NCBI GenBank assembly: GCA_027604505.1
Contig: JADIIX010000014.1
Coordinates: forward strand, 62,001-126,000
DNA: 64,000 nt
Source of the DNA: Gonapodya sp. JEL0774
Taxonomy: Eukaryota
Direction of reading: 5' to 3'
The notes below the pieces were generated by a model. The model was not told the origin of the DNA. It made no database searches and was given only the letters and a program-made list of their open reading frames with translations. Below, in pieces: positions 1 to 11,845 of the stretch. The translations under genes and the position numbers were made by a program. Each line of letters opens with the position of its first letter. Position 1 is the first letter of the stretch.

Positions 1-3000
1 GAGTCCCGGTCGTAACTTCGTTAATATCTGTCCATCTGATATAGGTCGACGGGAAGCTTGGATTGTCGCGAACTCGGCGAGAATAATAATTACGTGCTTT
101 GTCAGTTTCCTTGCATCGTTTTGAAATGCAGACTGGCTTTTCTGTGATCTTTTGTTCTTCTTGACGCAAGCACTTGCGAGAACACGTGTGTAGAGTGCAG
201 AATGCGATGCTGACAATGGCGAGTCAATGCGCGACGAGGACACCTGGCGCTCCGCCAGAGTGGCAAACCCAGGATGCTTTTGTCGGAATACTCGATCAGT
301 GTCTGAAGAAATAGTGTGTTCATTGTTGCGATGTGGTGCCGAGCGTTCTGGTATCCGGAAAAAATGGAGCAGCATTAACATGACCATAACGAATGCCGGG
401 GCAATATTAATGAGAAGCTTCCGATGATGCGTTGCAATTCGCAAAAGAAGGCTCAACACCATTGATCCAAATTTGATGGTGGAAATTGAATCCCGGTTAT
501 CCGAGTTCCCTTCTTGGAGCCACCGAAACATGAAACTGCTGATTGCGCTGAATCCTAAAGCAAAGGTGCTAGGGTTAAATTTACAGAGCTTTTATGAAAG
601 TGCATGAAAACTGAGATGTTAACCGACTGCGTGTAGTAGCTTCGTTCGGTATATGGATCACCCACCTTGCCCTCGAAGAGCCGCCCGAAACAATCCACTG
701 CGATCGCGGCCGTCGAAAGTGAGGACCCATCAACAATGTTGCACGTGAGTTGAGTGAAGTCCTCCAAGTGCTCTTCTACCCAAACCACAGCCTGGGCATC
801 GATACCGCCAAATATCTGACCCAGCGAGAGAAGAACCGGCTGCATGAGGTTCACATCCCTCCTCTCTAGCACGTCCATGTGAAGCGACAATACAGAAGAA
901 AGAAGCTGAACGTCAAGCTTGTGAGTTATGATGGTGCTTATTGTTTGAATCGCCCGGAGGTTTACGGCGCTGGCTGCTCGAAGTAATACTTCTTGGTACA
1001 GCATAACCATAGATTACAGTTAACATCCACCCACTCGGTCCTATTCCTGCCGAAGAAAGCCAGAGTACTTGGAAGACAGCCTTCACCAAAGCGGTGTCGG
1101 GATGCCACTGCAATAGGATGATGCTTGCATCCAGGATGAGTGAAGCGTAACTCTGTGGACATCGTGAAAGCGCTACGAGTAGAGTTACGAGCAATGGTTT
1201 GATCTTGGCGATGTTGGATCGGACTGCATGAAGTACATAAATCGGTGAATGTTCCATGGCGAAGGAAGTTAGGGACACTCACCGGTATCGAAGGTGTGTG
1301 ATAGCAAAACCGCGCGTTCCAGGAAGCCAAATGCTGCCATCAACCGGTGATGTGATACAACTGATTGCACTGCATCAGGATACTGCTCCCGCGTCCTGTC
1401 CCTGAAGCTCCGCAATTCGTCTGCTGCTATGTCGGTCAAGGCGTAGACTAATCGCTCGACACCGATTGCAACCAGGTCTTTATGTGGTGCGTCCGTAGGA
1501 GGCAAGGTTGGGACTGCACTCTCGCGAAAAGCTGTCAGAAGACACGTTCCGAGAGCAAGAGACTCGAAAGTTCCGCTCGTCAAATTTCTGGGTGGAGACA
1601 GCAAAGACGTAAATTCCATCAATTGCGGGCACCCAAATTCACTTCGCTGACTTGTTTGACTCAGCGCTGTGGTGAGGACGGTCATCGAATCGACGAGTAT
1701 CTGGGCATCCGTGGGAAAGTGGGTGGCATACTCGACTGCCGTGTCAATGTACCATTTCGCGATGCTTGGCACAGTCTGTCGATTGGTTCGATTTAATGAT
1801 CGACATGAATGCAACCACACATTTGTACCGCAAAAGACTCACCAAAGCACTCCATTTCTCTCTGTACCTTAAGTAACGAGCCTGCAGATATCTTACGACT
1901 TTCCTTCCCGTCACTTTGGGTTTGCTGAGACTCGGTTGATCGAAGACGCTTTTGTCAGCAACTAAGAGATACCCCAAAATTACGTCAAGCTGCTTGGGAT
2001 CAAAAAATTGAGAAGGAAGGGTCTCCAGTAAATTCAAGGAAGCTACGACAGCCCATGCCACGGCATCAGATGAAACACCCTCTGATCGTGTATCCCAAAG
2101 CTCATGGTCAAAGTCGGCTCGTGGATCCTTCAGAAACTTCATCAAAAGGAATGCAGGATCATTGTGCTCCACCAAGTCCCGAAGTTGCGATAGGAGTGTA
2201 CCGAGAAAGGCATCCACAGCAACACCTTTCCGAAAAAAACAAGATGCAACCTTTACTAATTGGAAAGAGAAGCCCGTCCATCCGGAGTCAGCGTCGAATC
2301 CTCACTTTTCACAACCTGAGATTCCTGAAATGTGGCACTACTCAAAGCATCCTGTGACACACTCCGCCAAGTATGTTTTGAAGAAATGGTGTGGTGGCCT
2401 TGCTGCGATGCAGTGTACAAGGCCGTCTCAACAAGAGAGAGAATCTGCTCCCGTGCAAACAGTTGGCTGAAAAGCAGTACCGGAGAATATTTCTTGTAGT
2501 TGCTACCTTCATACAAGCGTGCCAAAGAAATAACAGAAAACTTACTCCCATATCCGCACACCCCGAACAATTTCCACCCAGCATGCAAGCATGCAAGATT
2601 GCTGTACCACCGAACACGTCCTTCCGTCCCACTCGGTATCACTCACATCGGCTCGTGCTGCCTGAGACAGTGATCTCACGACCTGGATGAATCCTCTTGG
2701 GATGTTCTCAAGCTTACCGGCCTCCGCCTCTGCGATGACCGCCCGAACGACTGTGTACTGTAAAACACACTGCAAGACGCTGCTTGGTTGTGTACCCTTC
2801 CACGCCTCAGACCAGTATCGATTCATTCTCTCCATGTTGATGGGAGGTTCCTCCGCTTCGGCGTCTGCCTCTGCTGCACCAGCCCAGCATGCAACAAAGG
2901 CATCACTTTTATTAACAACTTCATTGCGGACAATCCGCAAAGCATCTTCCGCTCCGGGAGACTCCCTGAATGCACGAACTGCGAGAGTTCGAGAGAGAAG

Positions 3001-5546
3001 TTCGAGACGGAAAGCGGCGGAGAGCGACTCTGGCGGAGAAAGCAAGAGAGTAGAGGAAATGTGGGTGGCAAAGCGAGGTAGAAGGTGGGGCAGGGAGGAC
3101 GAAAGGTGGTCAGAGAACCTAAGAGACATTTCGTTCGTCGGTTTGTCTCACTACTCTATCGCTTAAGAAACAATCACAGTCCTCACGCTCTTAGCCACTT
3201 CGATTCAAACACTGGGCACGATTCCGCCTGTTGCCAACTCAGCCTTCCTTTCTGCACCGCGATGTCTGTGCTTAAGCACACAAGGTCGATGAAGGATTCC
3301 AGAAAGCGCCGTCGCACAGACGCTGCGAGGAGAGCAACGAGGAAAGAGCTAGAGGCGGCATGGGCAACGGGTGGTGCCTAGCTCGTCAAACGTATGTTGC
3401 CTCAAGAAAACAGTGGCCGATTGGGTATTCATGAGTTTTCACTTACAGAGACTACCCATCCCACCACCTCAGGCAGCTTTTCATCAATCGCCTCTACTTC
3501 GACACCTATTGCCGACTCGAACAGCGCTGCTGCGCCAGCCCCCTCTTCTCCACATCCGTTCAGCATCAGCTGAGCGGACAAGGATAGCAAGGAGCGAAGC
3601 CAGGAGGCGCGGGTGCGTCCGGCAGAATCTGATAGTATGCGGTGCGCATCGAGAGAGGATGCCAAGCGGAGGATCTGGGAACATGCGACAAGTGCTGAAT
3701 GTGGGCCGTAACGCCCTTTGTCAAACGCAAAGCATGATTGAAAGCCAAAGCTCGACCTTTACACACCGTCACCCGACTCTTTGCCTAATCCACCTTTGGT
3801 GGGAGGAAAACGTGAACCCCGAATGGCCACCGCTACAAAAAATCTGACTACAGAATGTCGCACTTCATGTGGCGGCCTTCGTCCGGTCGCGAGTTGGGAC
3901 CCTTCCGCAACGAGAGAATGGGAGCTTTTCGAAGTGCGGTCAAGTACGAGGAGGGATCCGAGCAAGAGGCGAAGGAGGGAGGGGAGGGAGCGTACAACTG
4001 ACAAGGGACGACGCGTCCACCAATGAGCGGTGCGGAAGTCAACACAAAGCGGAACGCGGAGAGATACCTACCGTGAGATCTTCTGAGGGCAACAGGCTCA
4101 GTCCACTCTTGCAAGTGCTCAAACAGCGAAATCTGGAAACTGGCCACGCCTCTTCCCACCGTACCTGCAGGCAACTTGGTCGTCCCGACCTCGTCCGATT
4201 CCGAAAGTTCGTCCTGAGCTGCTGTGCGGTTGCGCTTACGGTTGGACTTTGGGACCACGTCGGAGTCACGGTGAGGAAGGCTTTCCGGGATGACCTTGCC
4301 ACGTTTTCCCAAAGCTCCTTCTTCCAGCGATTCCGTCATTCTCACAAGTGCCGGAACGATAGCCGCAACTTCTGTTGCATGCTCTTTCGTTGTGACCGTT
4401 TCTCGGACTGTGTTCAGTGCGAGTTCTGTCAGCCGTGTGATCACGTCGGAAGGTAGTTTCCGATTGGTGTCACGTTCGGAAGAGGAGAGAAGAAAAGATC
4501 GGGGAGACTCTTGAAATTGAGCTATGACGAGGAGCAGAGGACGAAGAAGGAGAGTGACTGTGTCTTGAAAAATCTAACCCAGATTGACAGAATTTCGAAC
4601 GAAATACTAGTACACACCCGAATGAATGATTAGAATACATATTCACCTACCTTTCGAGTTGCCGTCCCATCCTTGGCTCCTTCGAGAATCAGCAAAAGAA
4701 GATCCGTCGTTATGTTCGCCGCAGCCAGCAACGCAATGGCTTGGAAGTCTCTTTTAGTGTTTGTGTCAAGTTTAGTTGTGACGATTCGGGGTAATTGCGT
4801 GCGAGATTCTGGGAGCTCGTTTGCGTAATTGTCTGCAGATGTTTGGACCATCCCTTCCGAATCAGTTCTTCCCAAGAACTGCAATAATGTTTCAATGCCT
4901 TCTGCGGCGAGACGACACTTTGCATCGTATGGTGCCCACAAAAAGTTCCTGGTGTTCCCTCTCAGTAATGTCAAGCAGTGTTGCATATCTTCCATCACTT
5001 CGCCAATCTCCTTCCACTGCCTCATACTCCGCATATCTCGTAACGCTGCTGAATAAATGGCGAGCACTGGCGGCTTCAGCTCCGTGTTGTGTGCAAAACT
5101 TGGCAGTTGGAGTGTGTGACGAAGAAGGGACCAGAGTTTAGGGTGGATCGTGGTGCTATGGAACTCGCTTTGAGCTGAGCAGACCGGAATGCGACAGAAC
5201 TATCAACTCACGGCTCTGAATGTTGTGTTGTTTTGGAGACTCCACCTTCGTCCAATTCCATCACATCTCCAGACGGCTGGGGGTCGCTTGTCTTCAACTG
5301 TCCTCCTTCTTTGCCTCTCGAAACTCCACCTCCAGCCGCTCCTTTTCTCCACATAGCGTTGAGAGTCCATTCGGCCACCAGATGCTCCTTGTAAGGCACC
5401 CAGATTGCGCTGGTGTTCAGTAGAGCAAGGGCATAGTCGCACCGCTCCTCGACAGTACGAAGGCGCGTCTGACCATCGTAGCCAGTACGAAGAAGCGACA
5501 CAGATCGCTCAGATGACGTAAACGAGTAGTTCTGGGATTCGGGCAT
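1..5546 (-). CDS. URB2: Nucleolar pre-60S factor URB2/Npa2 (multi-exon; C-terminus runs off the window start)
   Basis: The N-terminal exon ALALLNTSAIWVPYKEHLVAEW resembles the URB2 N-terminus (human ..FLPNKEQVLLDW). My translation of 1-540 (- strand) ends ..RKLTKHVIIILAEFATIQASRRPISDGQILTKLRPGL, matching the Urb2 C-terminal domain pattern (KH.pylL..y..q....L.pGly). A chain of helical-repeat-like ORFs with GT-AG introns lies between. Confidence 0.8.
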
Positions 5547-5719
5547 CGCTCAAGAAAATGACTCCATGGAAGGTGGGAAATTGTATGAGTTATTCTCCGA
5601 TAGGCTCTCAGAAAGAGAAACCTCGGGGATTATTTGGTTTGTGCTCTGATCTGCGCATCGCATGCTCACTATACGATTATAAGAATATGTACAAAAAAGT
5701 ACGCAAACCACTTATGCAA

Positions 5720-8700
5720 TCAACGCTTGTTTTTGTTGGGTTGCAGCTTATGTCGACCCGTTTTCTCTCGCCGCTTCTCCTTAAGGACCCGCTCCTTCAG
5801 GATTTGTTGCTTGCTCTTTAGCTCCCTCTTTGGCTTAAATCCAGCCCACTTGACAGTCGGTCCCTTTCCTTTACCACCTTTCCCTCCCTTCTCACCACTC
5901 TCAGCGGCCCCCTCGGCCTCCCGTTTCATCTTGGTTATCTTACGTTGTTGTGACATACTTCCGGGTGTGGGCGCCTTCGTACCAGTATGACGAAACTTCC
6001 GGAACCCCGACACTTTCGCAACCTTGCTGGCTGCACTTTCCATCTCCCCTACACGAGGAACAGTGGTTTTCGTCTTGTTCTGCCATTCTTGGAACCTTGT
6101 ATAGCCGTGTTTTCGGATGCGAGAAGAAAGATATGGGGAAGAGTGTGTTTGTATGGGGGGAGGGGTTGGAGCGGGGGAGACAGGCCCAATGTTGAGCGGC
6201 AAGTCACACAAAAATCAATGAACGAAGAACGAAAGTGGGGGAAAAATCGACTCCAAACTCAAAAAGGCAGTACATCAAACAAGATTATTTGTTTGTTCGG
6301 GCGCAATTATACACCCAAGATCACCGCACCGGACATCAAAGGTGTCTCTTATTCCCGTGTTGTTCTCGCGAGATTCGTAACCATTCGGCCATAGATTTGG
6401 AAACCACAGTCGGCGAGCCGAGTGACGGATACCAAATTGATCGAGTGGGTAATTGATCACGCTGGTTAAAACGCTGCTCCAATGTGTAGTAAGCAATAAC
6501 CGCTTCTCTCCGCGCACTGTCCCGCAATCATCCAAATACGCAGACGCAGGTGAGATCTCGTATATGAACATACCTGCCAGACCTAAATGATGCTTCGACA
6601 AGCGCTCCGCTCTCACTTCTCATCCTCTTGATGTTATCTGCTCCAATCGTCTTCCTCACGAAACGCTTTTTCTTCTTGTCCCACACCTGTTTCGGCTTCG
6701 CGCCTGGGACACCGACTTCCACCTCCCCCGTGAGCTCAAATGAAGCCGCTTGAGCGTCTCTGAGGAAAGAAGAAGCACCAGAAGACGCGAGTGAGTATGC
6801 ACGCTCAGAAGCGGCGTTAGGTGGATTGTACGGTACGAAAAAGGGGGATTGGGTTGGGTCAGGTGTTGTATCTGACGTGTCTTCGGGTGTCTCCATGACG
6901 GTGGCTACCGTGGTTCCACCAGTGTAAGTTGTAGTCTCGCCATCTTCGGCCTTTGCAGAAGATGTTTTGGAAGCTGCCACTGCCGACCGTTTGGAGAGAA
7001 TTTTGGCGGCGGCACGGCGGCGGTCTAACATTACCAGTGCTTCTTTGGACTTGAGACCACGCTTGCCAACTTCGAACACAGTCTTCCGGCAGGAATAAAA
7101 CAGATCATGGAATGAGCAAAGCTCAGAGTGACTCGAATGGAGAAATATAAGTTCTAGTCACCTCCGAGGGTCTGAAAGAAGCGATCTTGGCGACCATGTC
7201 AGCATGATCATGCTCGGCCTGATCAAGCTTCGCAGCTGCACGCATGATGGAATCAGACAAAGTCGAAAAATTGTTCAACGAAATTGGGCGCTCAGCTCCG
7301 TCATTTCAAAAACTCACCTACTAATGGATGCACGCCAACCTTTCCAATCTCTTTACTCTTTCTGACACCCTCCCCACTCGGCCTCTCCCTCGTTTTTCCA
7401 TACATGCTGTACGCATTCGCCGCGCCCTTTTCCAATGATATCATGTCACCGTCTACCTTCCGTAAATGGTCCAAGTGCTCTGCTTCGAGGTCGAGAAGTG
7501 GCTGGGAAATGGCACCGAGAACAATGGCAGAAGTGTATGAGAGATTTTGGGGCGGAGGACCAGATGTAGGGATGAGTTGAAGGGGACGGGTGGAGAAGGT
7601 TTGCAGATCGAGCAGGTACGGCAGCTTGAAAATGTGTGGATGAACAGTTTATATTCTGGGCCTCATGTTGTCAGTGAGCCTTTCTCGAAAATCACTCACT
7701 TCTTCTCCTCCCACCAAACTCCACGCTCTTCCCTTCCTTCCTGCTCTCCCGGCTCGTCCGACTCTGTGCACAAACACCTTTGCTGCCGGTGGAAAGTCAT
7801 AGTTCACCACTTCGTCCAACGTCGGTACATCCAAACCTCTGGCCGCAACGTCCGTTACTACAAGAACCTTGCAATGTCCCTCCCGAAAGGCTTCTAGATT
7901 TGTCCGACGCGCAGTTGGGTCCATTGTTCCATGAACGCCCCGTACGCGGATTCCAGATATTTCAAGTACACGAGAGAGAAACTCCACGTGATGCTTGGTG
8001 GAACAGAATACAAGAGTTTGCGAGGTGCTTGGAATGAGATTCCGGAGGAGGTATAGGAGGGCAGGAAGACGTGAAGGTGGCGGGATTGAGAGGAAAAGGA
8101 GCTTAAGGGAGCAGGCGAGCGTGCACGCTCGACTCAGGATCGAAACAGAACGATTCATTGGGGAATCTGCAAACGAACCTCTAAGTCTGGGTTGATTCTA
8201 CCGTCGGCCTCAAGTCTGACCATAACCGGATCGGTCAACCCTGCCCGAGCAAACTCAACGAGTAGACTGGGAAGGGTAGCGGAGAAAAGCATCGTTTGTC
8301 GCGATGATGGTAACCGATGCTGGATTTCGCGGAGTTGGGGAGCGAAACCGAGTTCGAAGAGTCTGTAAGAGCACAAAAATCAGTCATGGGAGTTCCAAAC
8401 ACTCAAATAAGGGCGTAAATGAATGGTACTCACCGATCGGCCTCATCGAACACAACCATTTCCACAGTTGAAAGTGACATGGACATTTCAATGACAAGGT
8501 GGACCAGACGCCCAGGAGTGGCTACGATTCTGAGGTTGCCAGATGTAGAAGAGGAAGGCCAAGAATACGTGGAGAAAACAGACAGAGAGTGTGTTGAGCG
8601 CTGGAAGCGAGAGTCCCACACTCCTTAGTCTCACTCGGAGAACTTTTGATTTTGGGTCGTGGTAGAGTCCGAGTACTACCAGACATTTGCGCGTCTGCTT

Positions 8701-9380
8701 GAAAACACAGATGTACTGAATGATACTCACATATCAGGATTGGAAGCCATAGCCTCGAATTGCTCATCTAATCCTTCTCCACCCACAACCACAGCGATTC
8801 GGAGGTCAGTGAACCTGCTGATTTCTCTCAGTACCTTGGCAGTCTGGACCGCCAGTTCTCTGGTAGGCTCCAGTACCAAAGCCCGAGATCCAACCCTGTC
8901 GCTGTGCTCCTTAAGCCGGTCAATGATGGGTATGAGGAAGGCGAGTGTTTTACCAGAACCCGTCCGGGCCATGGCTACAACATCCCGCTTTGCGAGAGCG
9001 AGGGGTATAGCACGGCGCTGAATTGGGGTCGGCAGCCGAAAGTTTCGAAGGAGGAGGGCACGGAGAAGAGGCGGATGGAGATCGAGTGATTGGAACGACG
9101 AGCCAACTGGACGCGATTGTTTGGGCTTTTTCTTCACAGCAGGTGCTGAATCTGAGTCCGCAAGACGTGCCCTTTTGTGGGGGCGATCGCCATCCCCGGT
9201 GTCATCCTCTTCTTCTTCGTCCCGTTCGTCAACCACTGAATCTTCCCCCTCATCGTCCACACTTTTTTTTGCCTCCTCGCGGGCATCGACATCGTCCCAT
9301 TCCTCATCCTTATCACTTTCATCTGAGAAAACTTCTTTCTGTGGGGGTTTTTTGTAGGTGGATTGTCTGTGACGCTTCAT
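5720..9380 (-). CDS. DBP10: DEAD-box RNA helicase DBP10/DDX54 (multi-exon)
   Basis: Q motif PTPIQ, motif [20 protein letters not shown]+LFELGF, SAT and HRVGRAGR. C-terminal DBP10CT-like segments [24 protein letters not shown] and [15 protein letters not shown] at 9380, stop at 5720. Confidence 0.95.
6291..6465 (-). ncRNA. Intronic box H/ACA snoRNA (predicted 18S pseudouridylation guide, SNORA5/ACA5-like target)
   Basis: Lies in the ~475-nt last DBP10 intron. H box AGAACA (6361-6366), hairpin CGGG-AAUAAGAG-ACACC...GGUGU-AUAAUUGCG-CCCG and an ACA box 14 nt from the pocket (6294-6296). The pocket pairs with 18S UGCAAUUAU-U-G-CUCUU. The 5' boundary is uncertain. Confidence 0.75.
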
Positions 9381-9692
9381 TTTTTGATTTATGTGTGAAA
9401 GAGAAACTAGGAGGGAGGCCACAGGAACTGCAGGGAGCCAGTTGGAATGGGCAATTTCTAATTATTTTTGTCTCTTTCCATACCCCACTCATTCAGGTGG
9501 AGAATTGACAAAGTTCGTCCTGCCTTGAAGTGTATTGTGTATATCTGTAAATTGCTGATCAGCGGGGCGAAGATGAGAATGCTCGGGGACACTCATGCGA
9601 AGAATCAACAACAACAGGCAAACAAGGCACAACACTCAACATCCGATCGAATTTGATCTATTGGGTGCTTCTCAGACACTGTTTGACGAGAA

Positions 9693-11068
9693 ATGAATGA
9701 CAACACCGGGTCTGATGCAACTCGAGAAATCATTGATCCCTCCGTTCTCCTTGCTTTCCGCGTTACTCTCTTAGCATGGAGCTCCTTCAGTATCCTTCTT
9801 GTTTCATTGCTCACGTTCAACTTCGTCCGAGTAAAGGTAGGAGAGAGCAGCGCCGCTGTGGTTTACGTGAGCTTGTCTGGATCTTTTCCAAAATGTAGAG
9901 GATTTCTACCAATTTGGAATTCCTTTTCTTGAATATTTTTGTCGGTGATATATTCGTCAGTGGAGCAGGAATCATGAACGCAATCATTACCCTTCAAAAC
10001 GAGCATCCAGCGACGGAACTATGCAATTTTGCTAGTCTTCTGGGGAGCGCTCCAAAGCTTCACGTATTCTTTGTTATGTCGCTTTTGGGTGAGACTACAT
10101 CATTCGGGTGCATGTCGTACATGCAGAACACACAATTAATCTTTTGCCCCCACTCTATACTCTTAGCATACGAGAGATATTCGGTGGTTTGTCGTGGGGC
10201 AACTCGGAGACATGGATTTCTCAAGTATCCTGTCGCTCTTGGCCTGTTATGGATTTACCTGCTTGTCGGGCATTACTTCTCGTTCACCCGTAATCACAAC
10301 CATCCAACGACATTCCCCATTGTAAGAAATCTGGCATATCGCACCGCACATTTTCATTGAGATTAATGCACTGCTGGCTAATCGGAAACGCGCTAGGAAT
10401 GCTACACAGAGTTCGTCTCTCGAGATCCTGTCTTTATCATTTACCAAGGAGTGATCTCTTCGGCGATCGCTATAGCTTCATTTGGTGTGACAGTTGGATG
10501 TCACGTTGCTATAGCACGCAAAGTATTCGCAGTTCTGTCCGAGTCTCGGTGTGTCACGGAGCCATCGTTTCGGGGCTTCAACATGAATGATCGGGTCTCC
10601 ATGACCAATACGAGAGGCACCTCTCTTCTACCAGTAGATGAGAAGGAAATCGAGCTTGTGCTTCGTTGTGTCACACTTACAGTAGCATACATGGTTTTCT
10701 GGACACCATACGTGTTGACTTCTTGCTTCGAGATGTTCACCGGATTGAGAGTCCGTCCGCCAATATTGTCCGGAGCTGCACAGCTTTTAGCATACCTCAA
10801 TACTGTTGTTGATCCATTGATCATCACATACATGGATCCACGGTTGTTGCAGTCAATGCTAGCATTGTTTGGGCTGAAGGTGGATAGAGGGAATGATCAG
10901 AAAACAGCCACAAATGAGAAAGACAGTATGGGAAACCCGAGGACAAGTCGTCACCAACGCATTATTGCTTCCGCCGAAGCTGGTCCCTCCGTCATCCAGC
11001 AGCCATGCAGTCAATTTCCAACCGCTTCCGGTCTACATCAATCGACCATCGGTTCACAAGCAGAGTAG
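9693..11068 (+). CDS. Rhodopsin-family (class A) opsin-like GPCR, multi-exon
   Basis: Hydrophobic TM segments; TM2 FLFLNIFVGD; TM3 Cys and AYERYSVVCR (ERY motif); TM6 FWTPY; TM7 LAYLNTVVDPLII. Confidence 0.8.
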
Positions 11069-11845
11069 AGAAACAGTGTGATCGACAGAAGAATAGATAA
11101 CGCAGACATTGAATGAGAACTAAATCACACTGTGCAAATCGGAATACAGAGAGTGTGGTTGTAATCGCAATGGGATCGACCTTCGATAAAACACGCAAGT
11201 GTGGTGTAGGAGGGCGAGGAAGGTGAGGATAAAGAGTGATATCGTTCATTCCTAGAAACAACCGCTCGTCTTCAGTTGGTGAAGCTGTCTTGCCAAATGA
11301 ACAGGTGGATGCAGTATGGTCAACTCATGATGGGTCGCGCGAGCATTGTTTGTCCAGAGCGGCGGTCAAGCAACGGCTTTCGCTGACATTAAGTGAATAT
11401 CATGACGATGGCGCCAATGTCAAAAAATCTCTTTGAGATAAAAGCCAGGTGTTCACGATGCATCGTTTTGTGAAGTGGGAGGGAGTGCTTCATTGCTTTT
11501 CATTCTGATGAGTCCGGTTCGGTAGTCTGGCAAGTGTGCAAAGAGAACCGAGTCATTTGGATTCACACTCTCCATTTGACGTGATGTGTTGTGGGTGATC
11601 TGTAATGGATAATGCTCATGTCTCTGAATTTGTGGAGGGAAGATCCTAGGTGGATGCGTTTTAGTGCGTCGCTATTTCTAATCAGCTGGCTCTGAGTGGT
11701 ACCCTCATGACCTGGCACATGCAATATGCAGGCACTGCTATAGAAGCACAAAATCTCTGATAACCTGGAACTCCTAGAATCTCAAACCTAGAACAAAAGC
11801 ACACTGGTGTGAGCGGATCGATTGGTATCCAAAGGATCGCAGAAC

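Noticed and set aside
11504..11570. CTGATGAG resembling a hammerhead ribozyme core
   Set aside because: No stem II closed by GAAA and no matching stems I/III.
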